DNA from: Squalus acanthias | Taxonomy: Eukaryota | Assembly (NCBI GenBank): GCA_030390025.1 | Contig: JASTWF010000362.1 | Coordinates: 62,001-126,000 of the forward strand | Length of the DNA stretch: 64,000 nt | Direction of reading: 5' to 3' | Part shown: positions 50,845-63,284 of the stretch, piece by piece | Layout: each line of letters starts with the position of its first letter | Numbering within the stretch: the stretch's first letter is position 1 | Notes under the pieces: generated by a model | What the model saw: only the letters and a program-made list of their open reading frames with translations | Databases searched by the model: none | What the model was told of the DNA's origin: nothing | Program-made: the position numbers and the translations under genes

Positions 50845-53062
50845 TTTTGTCCTGAATTTAAATAAAGGAAACTACGATGGTATGAGGCGCGAATTGGGTA
50901 GGATTGATTGGGGAATGTCACTCAAAGGGTTGACGGTGGATAGGCAATGGCAATCAATCAAAGACCGCATAGATGAACTACAGAATTTGTTCATCCCAGT
51001 GTGGCATAAGAACAAAACAAAAAGGGTGACTCAACCGTGGCTAACAAGGGAAATTAGGGATAGCATAAGATCCAAGGAGAGGGCATATAAATTGGCCAGA
51101 AAAAGTGGTAACCCTGAGGATTGGGAGCAGTTTAGGATTCAACAAAGGAGGACAAAGGGATTAATTAAGAAGGGGAAAATAGAATATGAAAGTAAGCTTG
51201 CAGGGAACATAAAAACTGACTATAAGAGCTTTTATAGATATGTGAAGAGAAAAAGATTAGTGAAATCAAGTGTAGGTCCCTTGCAGTCAGAAGCGGGGGA
51301 AGTTATAATGGGGAACAAAGAAATGGCAGACCAATTAAATGCATATTTTGGTTCTGTCTTCACAAAGGAGGACACAAATAACCTCCCAGAGATGTTGGAG
51401 AACACAGGGTCTGATGAAAGGGAGGAACTGAAAGAAATCAGTATCTGCAGGGAAATGGTGTTAGGGAAATTGACGGAATTGAAGGCCGATAAATCCCCAG
51501 GGCCTGATAATCTACATCCTAGGGTACTTAAGGAAGTGGCCCTAGAAATAGTAGATGCATTGCTGATCATCTTTCAACATTCAATGGAATCTGGAACTGT
51601 ACCCATGGATTGGAGGGTAGCTAATGTTACCCCACTATTCAAAAAGGGTGGTAGAGAGAAAGCGGGGAATTACAGACTGGTAAGCCTGACATCGGTAGTG
51701 GGGAAAATGCTAGAGTCCATTATAAAGGATGTAATAGCTGAGCACTTGAAAAACAGTGACAGGATCGGACAAAGTCAACATGGATTTACAAAAGGTAAAT
51801 CGTGCTTGACTAATCTACTGGAATCTTTTGAGGATGTAACTGGGAAAATAAATAAGGGAGAACCAGTAGATGTGGTGTATTTGGACTTTCAAAAGGCTTT
51901 CGATAAGGTCCCGCATAAGAGATTAGCGTGTAAAGTTAAGGCACATGGGATTGGGGGCAAGGTATTGACTTGGATAGAGAACTGGTTGGCGGACAGAAAG
52001 CAGAGAGTAGGAATTAATGGGTCTTTTTCCGAGTGGCAGGCAGTGACTAGTGGGGTACCGCAGGGATCGGTCCTTGGACCCCAGCTATTCATAATATACA
52101 TTAATGATCTAGATAAGGGAACTAAATGTAATATCTCCAAGTTTGCAGATGACACAAAGCTGGGTGGGCGTGTGTGCTGCGAGGAGGATACCGAGAAACT
52201 CGAGGATGATTTGGACAGGTTGGGTGAGTGGGCAGAAGCGTGGCAGATGCAATATAACGTGGATAAATGCGAGGTTATCCACTTTGGTGTCAAAAACAGA
52301 AAGGCAGACTATTATCTGAATAGCAATAGATTGGGAGATGGGGAAGTGCAACGAGACCTGGGTGACCTTGTGCACCAGTCGCTGAAGGTAAGCATGCAGG
52401 TACAGCAGGCGGTGAAGAAGGCAAATGGTATGTTGGCCTTCATAGCGAAAGGGTTTGAGTATAGGAACAGGGATGTCCTGCTGCAGTTGTACAGGGCCTT
52501 GGTGAGACCACACCTTGAGTACTGTGCAGTTTTGGTCGCCTTATCTGAGGAAGGATGTTCTTGCCATGGAAGGAGTTCAGCGAAGATTCACAAGGCTGAT
52601 ACCTAGGATGGCAGGAATGACATATGAGGAGAGATTGGGTCGATTGGGCTTATACTCGCTGGAGTATAGAAGAATGAGAGGGGATCTCATCGAAACATAT
52701 AAAATTCTGACAGGTCTGGACAAACTAGATGCAGGAAGAATGTTCCCGATGGTCGGAGAGTCCAGAACCAGGGGTCATAATCTAAGGATAAGGGGTAAGC
52801 CATTTAGGACAGAAATGAGGAAGAATTTCTTCACCTAGAGAGTGGTGAACCTGTGGAATTCTCTACCACAGAAGGTAGTTGAGGCCAAGTCATTAAATAT
52901 ATTCAAGAATGAGTTAGATATATTTCTTAAAGCTAAAGGTATCAAGGGATATGGGGAGAAGGCAGGTACAGGGTACTGAGTTTGGATGATCAGCCATGAT
53001 CTCATCGAATGGCGGAGCAGGCTCGAGGGGCCGAATGGCCTACTCCTGCTCCTATCTTCTAT
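50845..53062 (+). mobile_element. CR1 LINE, 2.2 kb, 5'-truncated ORF2 with RT domain; frameshift near 52525 and premature stop at 52836
   Basis: KSPGPDNLHPRVLKE, YLDFQKAFDKVPH, GVPQGSVLGP, KFADDTKLGG; 3' tail present. Confidence 0.97.
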
Positions 53063-53284
53063 TTTATATATGTAATATAGGGCAAGAAAGCTTTTCAGTT
53101 TAACATATCTAGTTTAATAATAAAACACTCAGTTTAACTTTCTCTCAAACTTCAAGCCTCACAATTTGTCACACACGCTCAAAGCTTAAGCTTAAGAAAG
53201 CCAGGTATTTCCTGCTGGATTCTTCAGGCCTGGTAATTTAACAATAGCTGCCAATCCACTGAGAGAATTCCCCAGCAACTTTTT

Positions 53285-53781
53285 AAAAATTCATTCACAG
53301 GATGTGGGCGTCGCCAGCAAGGCCAGCGTTTATTGCCCATCCCTAACTGCCCCTGAGAAGGTGGTGGTGAGCCGCCTTCTTGAACCGCTGCAGTCCTTGA
53401 GTATACTTCTTTGTAGCGGTTTGTTACAACTGAGTGTCTTGCTAGACCATTTCAGAGGGCAGTTAAGAGTCAACCACATTGCTGTGGGTCTGGAGTCACA
53501 TATAGGCCAGACCGGGTAAGGACGGCAGATTTCCTTCCCTAAAGGACATTAGTGAACCAGATGAGTTTTTACAACAATCCGGTAGTTTCATGGTCACTGA
53601 TACTGGCTTTTCATTCCAGATTTATTTAACTAATTGAATTTAATTCCCCAGCTGCCATGGTGAGATTTGAACCCACACTAACCCATTAGTCCAGGCCTCT
53701 GGATTACTAGTCCAGTAACATTATTAGTCTAGGCCTCTGGATTACTAGTCCAGTAACATAACCACTATGCTACCGTACCCT
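53285..53781 (-). mobile_element. tRNA-derived SINE with LINE-derived tail and a ~37-bp internal duplication
   Basis: Head gggtacggtagcatagtggtta; B-box gggttcaaatc. Confidence 0.75.
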
Positions 53782-53890
53782 GACCTAAGGGGCGACTGGG
53801 GGTGATTTTGACTTTGGCCGATAGTGCAAGACTGGCGATAGCGGATTGGCCACCTGTTATACATCTCTCCCCATTGTCACTTCCATCAAA

Positions 53891-53968
53891 TGTGAGAAGT
53901 CGCACAACACCAGGTTATAGTCCAATATATTTGTCCACCCCAGTCCAACACCGGCATCTCCACATCAT
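53891..53968. mobile_element. Internally deleted fold-back element (arm start plus tail only)
   Basis: gtgagaagtcgcacaacaccaggttatagtccaa joined to tttgtccaccccagtccaacaccggcatctccacatcat; 10-bp TSD ttccatcaaa. Confidence 0.85.
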
Positions 53969-54074
53969 TTCCATCAAAGTCAATGTAAAATGGAGGAGAG
54001 CTGTAGAACAAGAGACTGCTCCGATATCGCCCATTGAACAATTTCAGATCATAACCTCTGCCCCCATTTTTTCA

Positions 54075-54445
54075 GATGGCAGCTGTTGATGATTCAGCCA
54101 TTCCCATTTACACCTCATCTAGACTCATCTTTTGTTTCTTTACTTGTCCCATTACCATCTCCTCTCGCCTTGTACCATCATCCCTTTTGTCTTTTAATCT
54201 CTCCTGCCTTCCACCCTATCACAGACCTTCCCTTTTGTTCTTTCCTCCCCTCCCCCCTTTCTCTGCCCCTACACTTGCTTAAAAACCTGTTACATCTCAA
54301 ACTTTTTCCGGTTCTGATGAAAGGTCATCGACCTGAAATGTTAACTCTGTTTCTCTCTCCATCGATGCTGTCTGACCTGCTGAGTGTTTCCAGCATTTTC
54401 TGTTTTTATTTCAGGTTTCCAGCATCCGCAGTATTTTGCCTTTGT
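54075..54445 (+). mobile_element. Penelope-type terminal repeat (family B)
   Basis: Pyrimidine-rich stretch, then a hammerhead motif, then gatgctg.ctgacctgctgagtgtttccagcattt, shared with 46480 and 56195. Confidence 0.7.
54311..54345 (+). ncRNA. Minimal hammerhead ribozyme motif, family B
   Basis: GUU-CUGAUGA-A-AGGUC(AUC)GACCU-GAAA-UG-UU^AAC. Confidence 0.75.
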
Positions 54446-54789
54446 CTTCTAGTTAACCTCAGGATGTAATTATACAGCAATTAAGCTTTTGTGGCCTTAA
54501 AACAAGACCCGCATTGCATGCACCTCCACCCTAGCAACAGAATGATGCATTGCTTGTTACTCGGTATAATACCCCTGTGATTGTAAGAGAACAAATCCGT
54601 CAGCTTATTGTGAGCAACCTCACAGGAGTCTACTTGAAAAGACTGGCACGTTGGTGCGAAATACAGTATATAGGTTCCCTGTCGAAATGTCTTGTTAGTT
54701 GAATAATTATCATGACAGTTAGGTCTGTTAGGGCTGCTGTTTAATTAAAAGAAACATAAATGGGGAAGGTTGGAATCAGTGTGGGATCA

Positions 54790-55035
54790 CGTAGTATTTA
54801 CAGCACAGAAACAGGCCATTCGGCCCATCTGGTCCGTGCCGGTGTTTATGCTCCACACGAGCCTCCTCCCACCCCTTCTTCATCTCACCCCATCAACATA
54901 TCCCTCTTTTCCTTTCTCCTTTATGTGTTTATCCAGCTTCCCCTTAAAGGCATCTCTGCTATTCGCCTCAACCACTCCCTGTGGTAGCGAGTTCCACATT
55001 CTCACCACTCTCTGGGTAAAGAAGTTCCCCCTGAA
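54790..55035 (-). mobile_element. CR1 LINE 3' fragment
   Basis: FRGNFFTQRVVRMWNSLP peptide. Confidence 0.88.
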
Positions 55036-56239
55036 TGGATGCTTGTGTTGCCCTGTGTTATATATGTTTTTGATGGTGTGGCTGTTTAATATCTTTATCA
55101 CTTTGTATTTGTTTGCTTATCCAACCCTTCATTTATATGTTTATATATATATATATATATAGTAATGAATGGAAGAAACAGCCATGCATGGAATGGTTAA
55201 TGCATCATGTCGTATTTGCACTGTGGCTCATTCAAAGAGACTTCCCTAAGAACGCATGCCAAGAACGACACAGTATCAAAAGCAGACAAAATGATTTCTT
55301 CCAACCCTTCGAGATCTCTGCGCTCCTCCAATTCTGGCCTCTTGCACATCCCTAATTTCCATCGCTCCACCATTGGCGGCCGTGCCTTCAGCTGCCTGGG
55401 CCCCAAGCTCTGGAATTCCCTCCCTAAACCTCTCCGCCTCTCTTTCCTCCTTTAAGAAAGAGGGGTATAGGAGAGAGCGGGAATATGGTATTGAGATAGA
55501 GGATCAGCCATAATCATATTGAATAGCGGAGCAGGTTCGAAGGGCCGAATGGCCTAATCCTGCTCCTATTTTTCTATGTTTTCTAAACCTTTAAGGAGAG
55601 GAAAAACCAGTAGGGCCAGTCCTGGTTTACAGGAGTGCGACTCCTGTCAGGCGATGACAGACCATAGTTGGCCAGGCTGTAACACTGTCACGGTAAACTT
55701 GACTGAATCTCCATTTGACTGAATCTAAAAGTGACCAAATGTACCGACAAGCTTTGAGGGCAAGAGACTGCTTGGCTAAAAACATTTGCAAAACATGTAA
55801 TGTGCTGGTACTTTTCCTTCAGAAGATAAGATTCTGTGAGAACCTCAACAACCCTGCAGATGTGGAAAACAATCTCTCTCCAGTCCTTGGAGTCTGGCCT
55901 TGGTGAACCAATGCGTCAAAACAGATAGAGAGAGAGAGAAAAACAACATTACCCACAGTTTGGGATATGGATGCTGTGGGCCAGTTGCCAAGTTTTGGGC
56001 TCTAAGTGTTATTGGACACTGACATTCGATGCTATAGTTGATGGTGACCTGGTCAGTTGCCAGTTAAAGTTAGTCATATGTCTAAGCATTGTTGAATTGA
56101 CCTCCCATCTGGTGAATAGTAACGATTGTGGTTTTACTTATAATCACCTGAGCTTAAAGTCAATGATTTTAGATGCTTGCTTGTAATAAGTACATGAAAT
56201 AACAACAGAAAATGCTGGAAACACTCAGCAGGCCAGGCA

Positions 56240-56748
56240 TAAGAACATAATAGGAGCAGGAATAGGCCACTTGGCCCCTCGAGCCTGCTCCGCCATTCAA
56301 TAAGATCATGGCTGATCTCGGGCTCAAAGCCACTTCCCCGCCCGCTCCCCATAACCCTTCACTCCCTTATCTTGCAAAAATCTGTCTATCTCCACCTTAA
56401 ATGTATTCAATGACCCAGCCTCCACAGCTCTCTGGGGCAGAGAATTCCACAGATTTACGACCCTCTGAGAGAAGAAGTTCCTCCTCATCTCAGTTCTAAA
56501 AGGGCGACCCTTTATTCTGAGACTGTGCCCCCAAGTTCTAGATTTCCCCACAAGGGGAAACATCCTCTCTGCATCTACCCTGTCGAGCCCCCTCAGTATC
56601 TTGTATGTTTCAATAAGATCACCTCTCATTCTTCTAAATTCCAATGAGTATAGGCCCAACCTGCTCAACCTTTCCTCATAAGTCAACCCCCTCATCTCTG
56701 GAATTAACCGAGTGAATCGTCTCTGAACTGCCTCCAATGCAAGTATAA
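56240..56748 (-). mobile_element. CR1 LINE 3' portion inserted into a family B Penelope-type repeat (56195-56818)
   Basis: ORF 56324-56758; host sequence cagcaggccaggca|gcatccgtgg continues across the insertion. Confidence 0.9.
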
Positions 56749-56783
56749 TGCAAGGCAAGGCAGCATCCGTGGAGAGAGAAACA

Positions 56784-56818
56784 GTTAACGTTTCAGGTCG
56801 GAGACCCTTCTTCAGAAT
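56784..56818 (-). ncRNA. Minimal hammerhead ribozyme motif, family B
   Basis: AUU-CUGAAGA-A-GGGUC(UCC)GACCU-GAAA-CG-UU^AAC. Confidence 0.7.
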
Positions 56819-57229
56819 AAATATATGAATTGAGTACGGTTTGTATTCTGGTAATTACTTGTAACCTCTTGTTGATTTTTAAGGTAAAAAGAAACTTCAC
56901 AGATTCATTGGGTTTTGTGTTGTCTGTTCCACGGGTCTGAACTCTATAAACTGTCAGACAATCAGAACGTCTCACAAGGCTTGATTTGCTGTCACTTTCC
57001 ACCTGAAGGAAAAACCATGGCAACAGAAACCCGAGAAAAATAAATTGGCTTTTTATGTTAAAAAAAACTGCCAAAGCTTGCTGAGGTTTTGAGCTGTTTA
57101 ATCCAGCTCATGAAATGGACACCACAAGAAGCAACTTTTGTAGCATTTCTTCAATAACAAAATGTTCCAAGTTGCTTTACAGCGAGGGAAGGGAGTGGGG
57201 GAGGGGGAGCGAGAGACCTGAGCAGGAAC

Positions 57230-57608
57230 AGGGAGGCTGCAGTGTGTACCATCTACAAGAGGCACTGCAGCAACTCGCCAAGGCTTCTTCGGCAGCACCT
57301 CCCAACCCCGCGGCCTCCACCACCTAGAAGGACAAGGGCAGCAGGTGCCTGGGAACACCACCACCTCCAAGCTCCCCTCCAAGTCACACACCATTCTGGC
57401 TTGGAAATACATCGGCCGTTCCTTCATCGTCGCTGGGTCAAAATCCTGGAACTCCCTCCCTAACGGCACCGTGGGAGTACCTTCACCACACGGACTGTAG
57501 CGCTTCAAGAAGGCGGCTCATCACCACCTTCTCAAGGACAATTAGGGATGGGCAATAAATGCCGGCCTTGCCAGCGACGCCCACATCCCGAGAATGAATT
57601 TTTAAAAA
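57230..57608 (+). mobile_element. LINE 3' end (second CR1-group family)
   Basis: CTIYKRHCSNSPRLLRQHLP peptide. Confidence 0.82.
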
Positions 57609-57730
57609 TTCAGCAGGTAGCTGAAAAAAACGAAGAGGTAAGGTTCAAAGAGGCTATTAAAAAAGATGTATTGGATCTGTTGGAGACTATGACAGAAGCA
57701 GCAAGGTGGAGAAGTCTCGGAAGAGTCTTA

Positions 57731-58623
57731 GGGGGAAAAATTAGGTCGCGCCCCATTTGGGGCGCAAATATCGTCTGGACGCAAATATTAGCGCCTGGCG
57801 CTAATTATCGCCACTGACTGGAAACTTCACTTTTACCGCCCCGGGAGGTGAGCGGAGCGCTAAATCAGGCGCTGCACACCTGTCTTAAGGCGCAAAGGCC
57901 AAGGAGTGAGGCGTTAACTCAGAGCGCTGGCGAAGCTCATGTAATGTCAGTCAGCAATGGAACACACACACAATGGCATGGGCCAGTTCTTAAAGGGGAT
58001 GGTTAATCTTGCTTTCCATCCACATCCTGTTCATTGCAGCCTTGAATCTCGGCCTGGAGAGACTTGCACATCAAATGTGCTGGAAAGAACAATGGAGAGT
58101 ACCAGGCAAAGAGCTCAGAGTGCAGCTCCCACAGTCTCTGCTAAATCGATACAAGGAATGGCAAATCAAAATGAACCTGCAAAGTGCTGCTCAGTACCCA
58201 AAACTCCTTCACACAACGTTGAATCTCTCCAGAAGTCTCTCCCTCTCTCTCTCAGAATTCGTAGTTCAAAAATGGCACCAACAATAAAAGGCAGGAAGCG
58301 GTCACCTTTAAATAGCGCTCCCCCTTTCCCTTCATGACTGCAGAACGCTCCCCTCAACCTGTCATTGCTAGCGTCAGGTGGTAAGGCAGGGGGCGCCACT
58401 CAATTTCCGCTCCGGGGCGCCACAAGGGCGTTGCACCATGGAATGATGTCACAATCTGCGCGCGCAGGTGGTCGCAGCGGTAAAGTTTAGCGCCGCCGCA
58501 CAATGTCTGGTTAAGTTCCCGAGCGGCGCAAACATCGCTGCGCCCGGGCGTTAGCGGCTTTGCGCCCCATTAGCACCCTCTTAAGGCGCTAACGGGAGGC
58601 GCAACCAACTGAATTTTTACCCC
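57731..58623. mobile_element. PIF/Harbinger-like non-autonomous DNA transposon
   Basis: Ends gggggaaaaatt / aatttttacccc; TTA on both flanks; CpG-rich subterminal tagcgcc/ggcgcta repeats. Confidence 0.75.
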
Positions 58624-59304
58624 TTAGAGTATGCCAGCATTTACTGCATGGGTTTAGGAGAAGCCATTTGAGGAGATGTATTGGTTTGTTTTGGACGGGT
58701 ACAATTGGATCCATAACCACCTCTACAGAAAATTATAAGAACCTCAGTCCACAATGACTCGATATACTCAGTTATTTTGCTTTCTTCGCCTCCCCCCACA
58801 GCACACACCCTCCCCTGAGATGACAAGCAAGTAACCTGCTCCAAGTGCCCCTCTACATCTGTCTGTTAAGGAGTGTGTCAGTCTGGCGTACATAGAAATG
58901 GAAGCAAATACAAGTTACAACGCAGAAACAGGCCATTCGGCCCAAGCAGTCCGTGCCGGTGTTTACCCTCCACGCGAGCAAATAGTTCTAATCACATTTA
59001 CCCGCCCTGTTCCTACGTCCCTTCAACCCCTTTTCCTTCATCCGCCTCTCCAATCTAATCTCCAATGTTGACCCAGTTGCTGCCTCGACCACTAACCCAC
59101 CGCCTCACAACTCTCTGTGCGAAGATATTTCACCTGCCCTCTCTTCGAAATCTCCTACATTTAAATCTTGTATCTGTGGCCTCTCATTCTTGACCCCTCG
59201 ACTTCTGGAAACAGTCTACCCTGTTCCATCCTTTGATCATTTAAAAAACCTCTCTTATGTCAGCCCCGTAACCTGCATTGTTCTAACGGAAAAAGACCCG
59301 ACTT

Positions 59305-59755
59305 TCTGGAGAACTTTAGCGATGAGGAAAGATTGGATAGGCTGGGGTTGTTTTCTTTGGAACAGAGGAGGCTGAGGGGAGATTTAATTGAGGTGTATAA
59401 AATTATGAGGGGCCTAGATAGAGTGGATAGGAAGGACCTATTTCACTTAGCAGAGAGGTTAATAACCAGGGGACATAGATTTAAAGTAATTGGTAGAAGG
59501 TTTAGAGGGGAGTTGAGGAGAAATTTTTCACCCAGAGGGTGGTGGGGGTCTGGAACTCACTGCCTGAAAGGGTGGTAGAGGCAGAAACCCTCATCACATT
59601 TAAAAAGTACTTGGATATGCGCTTGAAGTGTTGTAACCTGCAGGGCTACGGACCAAGAGCTGGAAAGTGGGATTAGGCTGGATAGCTCTTTTTCAGTCAG
59701 CACAGACACGATGGGCCGAATGGCCTCCTTCTGTGCCATAAATTTCTATGATTCC
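59305..59755 (+). mobile_element. CR1 LINE 3' fragment
   Basis: LGLFSLEQRRLRGDLIEVYK peptide. Confidence 0.92.
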
Positions 59756-60751
59756 TTCGGATTTGCATTTCCTGCGAGTGAATCTGCCCGGTCTGGCTCG
59801 CTCTCCTGGCTTCACTTTCTTCTCACTTACCCTGTGCCCAATGGCCTTGGCATCTTCGCGCCTGCATTCTACCCTCCACAGCACATGACTACAGCGACGC
59901 TGGGGCCGTCACAACTGGCATCAAAGCCATTCCTTCATACCGAGCTCGCCGCACAAATGGCCCGCATTAATGACCAATTTCCAATCTTTCATTGAACAGC
60001 AGTCACAGATTGCCAACCGACCGACACCGTTCCACACTCAGAACCGACTGCAGGAAACTAACAGTGAATTTGGATTTTTCCACTCATTCAAACTATTGCG
60101 CACTGTTATTCTCTCTTAGGCAGTCCCTCGGAACCGTGGATGACTTGCTTCCACACTAAAAATGAGTTCTCAGGTGACTGATGAGTCCAATGCGGGACCG
60201 ACAGTCTCTGTCACAGCCCCTAACCCCCCACCACCCACCACCCCTTGCACAGACAGCCAATGGCCTGACAGCGATGCCAGCCTCCCTCCGAGGGAGAATC
60301 TGTGATCGTTCAGGATGTTCACAGATAAGAAAACCATTTGGTATTTATTTTGTGTTGCTGATGTTAAATAAAACACACACACAATGGCTTGTTCTCAGAG
60401 AAAGACCCAATTCCAGGATTTACTTCAGTCCCTTGCTCCCCTCTTCAAGAGACACAACAATGCATTTAATTTAACTTTTTCCCCGCCTGAAAGAAATGAT
60501 CTGCCTGTTTCAGATTCCTGTAGTGTTCATGTCATCCTCAGGGAGAAACTATTGAAAGGACATTGAATGGTATCACAGCGCTGAGCTACGAGATCACCGT
60601 GTCAACCTGATATTTAATACTTCACTGAACTATGTACAAACTAGCGAAAGAGAAACAGCTGAAAAAAGTATCAACAACAACTACAGACATTTGCCAACTT
60701 CCAGCCACCCAGCTCATGAAAATAAAACCCCTCTCTCAAGCTGTGAAATAC

Positions 60752-60761
60752 CTGATTCCAT
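60752..60761 (-). CDS. PRRT1B: Predicted PRRT1B first coding exon segment (ATG GAA TCA G, giving M-E-S-D)
   Basis: Kozak ggaATGG; cag/gtattt donor in phase 1 matches the acceptor at 50239; yields a 249-aa ORF. Confidence 0.65.
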
Positions 60762-61100
60762 TCCTGTCGCTGCCTCTGGCTTTCTCTCTCTCTCTCTCTC
60801 TCTGTCCCTCGTCTCTCGCTCCCGGGCTGGTTTTATGTTTCTTGTTGCGAGGGGTGGAGTGGGGAAAGAAGCTGGCCTGGTGCTGTCAGTGCGTGTGGGA
60901 TTAATAAGTCACAGAGTGCGTGTTTACAGAGCGGTGTGCAAACAGGTAAAGCCCAGGGCCGGCTCCGCGCAGGAGGGCAGTGCTCGCAGAGTGGCTGAGG
61001 TGGGGGTGGACGGAGGCTTACAGCTGGAGAAGGTGAAGTCTGGTACCGGTCAGCGCTGCCCCGCCTCGCCCCGGCACAAAGTCTCTCTCCCCACACACAC
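60762..61100 (-). promoter_or_regulatory. PRRT1B: Probable PRRT1B 5' UTR and promoter
   Basis: Transposon-free, GC/CpG-enriched stretch with a GC box (gccccgcc near 61057) upstream of the predicted ATG. Confidence 0.45.
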
Positions 61101-61381
61101 ACAACACAGAATCATTTACTGCTCCCAAAGAGATAAGGCCTGTTATCTAAACATAGACAGCACATGCACCTTTGAGCCAGTGGTTAACATGGGCAAGGTT
61201 TTTTATTACACTTTCTTTGGCTGTGTTAGGTGCAAACTTCATGCTGTTTATCCCAGAATCAATACAGCACTAATAAATATTTATGTCGATTAATAATTTA
61301 AATAGAAGACTTCAATGGCTTGTTAATGGAGAAGGATCCAATTCGAGGTTTCAGTCAGTCGCTTTGCAAATGCCATCCAAG

Positions 61382-61692
61382 AAAAGAAAGGCTTGCATTT
61401 CTATAGCGCCTTTCACCACCTCAGGACGTCCCAAAGCGCCTTACAACCAATTAAATACTTTTTTTGAAGTGTAGTCACAGTTGTAATGTAGGAAACGCGG
61501 CAGCCAATTTGCGCACAGCAAGCTCCCACAAACAGCAACGTGATAATGACCGGATAATCTGTTTTAGTGATGTTGGTTGAGGGATAAATATTGGCCCCAG
61601 GACACCGGGGTTCTTCAAAATCGTGGCCCGTGGGATCTTTTACGTCCACCTGAGAGAGCAGACGGGGCCTCAGTTTAACATCTCATCTGAAA
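61382..61692 (-). mobile_element. Deu-SINE 3' part
   Basis: Deu core sequence. Confidence 0.82.
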
Positions 61693-62134
61693 TATATTTA
61701 ATATTACATCTCCCCCAAGTAGGACCAAGAGCTGGACAGTGGGATTAGGCTGGGTGGCTCTTTTTCAGCCGGCGCAGACACGATGGGCCGAATGGCCTCC
61801 TTCTGTGCCGTAAATTTCTATGATTCTAATAAGCTGTTGAGGCTGGGGGTCAATTGAAAATTTCAAAACTGAGATTGATAGTTTTTTGTTAGGTAAGGGT
61901 ATTCAGGGTTACGGAACCAAGGCGGGAAACATAATCTAACTGAATGGCCAACCAGGCTTGAGGGGCTGAATGTCCTCCTGTTCCTTTGTTCCTTCATAGG
62001 GTGATTCCATGAAAGGCAAATGATGGGATAACAGATACAACTCCCCACACAACCAACATCCAAAACTTCTAGACGGAATGCTGTGTTCTACGAGTAATCT
62101 CCCGCAAACAGCAGTTGACACGAGGTCAACTGTT

Positions 62135-62425
62135 AATTTTAAATCTGAGATTGATAGATTTCTGTTAACCAAAGGTATTAAGGAATATGGGGCAAAGGTG
62201 GGTGTATGGAGTTAGGTCACAGATCAGCCATGATCTCATTGAATGGCGGAACAGGCTCGAGGGGCTGAATGGCCTGCTCCTGTTCCTATGTTCCTGTGTT
62301 CCCTATGAACCTGTGTTCCCTATGAACCTGTGTTCCCTATGAACCTGTGTTCCTGTGTTCCCTATGTTCCTGTGTTCCCTATGTTCCTGTGTTCCCTATG
62401 TTCCTATGTTCCCTATGTTCCTTAT
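62135..62425 (+). mobile_element. CR1 3' end with an expanded tgttccctatg tail repeat (62280-62425)
   Basis: CR1 tail followed by tandem tail units. Confidence 0.8.
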
Positions 62426-63284
62426 GTCAGGCCAATGGTTCTTTTTAAGTTAATGCTTTTTTTTGCGAAGTGAAGGATTCCAGTTGTCGGGGAGGAGAGC
62501 AAGTTCTCAACTCTTTCTGCCTGATATCAAGCGCTCGTTTGTTACATCAGAGGGTGGGGGTGAGGGTGCTTCCTCGGAGGGTGGGAGATGGGGTGTCGGA
62601 AGGAAGGGCTGACTCTCGCCATCTATGTTACAGGTTGGCCCTGCCAACGCAAGGGGGTACGCCAATGCCGAGTCTTTTAGTTGAAGGTGCGGTGTGGGGA
62701 GGGTACATCCCCGGAGCCCTCTGGATAGAAGTCCTCATCCCTGATACTTGAGCGCGTGATCCAAGCCAACACTCCCAGTGCCAGTGCTGAGGGAGGTGCC
62801 GTCTTTCGGATGAGACGTTAAACCGAGGCCCCGTCTGCTCTCTCAGGTGGACGTAAAAGATCCCATGGCACTATTTCGAAGAAGAGCGGGGGCATTCTCC
62901 CCAGTGTACCAGCTTCCTTAGAGTCGTGTCTTGCTTCTGGAAATGCCAACCCAAAAATAGGGATTCGCTTTTCAACCTTTGACTCTTGTTTTTTTTTCTC
63001 TCTCTGCTCACAGAATCATTGCAGAGGAAATGATGTAAAGGAACTGCCTGGATACTGCTCTGAAGAGAGTTGAAATAAATCCAGCCTTGTCTTCTATTAC
63101 TTGAAGTTATTCGACACCCACTGGTTTACACAATAACACAGAGATATGCATTGAAATGACCGGTAAAAAGAGGAGCAAAATCCGGGTTAGTCCGAACTAC
63201 ACTGGAACTAACTAAAAAAAATGAACTTTCTTTTTGACTAAAACAAACGGAAATTGTCACATTTTGGACACGACACATATATTG

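Noticed and set aside
50759..52838. 615-aa reverse transcriptase ORF as an active or domesticated gene
   Set aside because: 5'-truncated CR1 with no endonuclease domain, a frameshift and a premature stop
56859..57002. Minus-strand acceptor-like site in PRRT1B intron 1
   Set aside because: Immediate in-frame stop in the required phase and a weak donor
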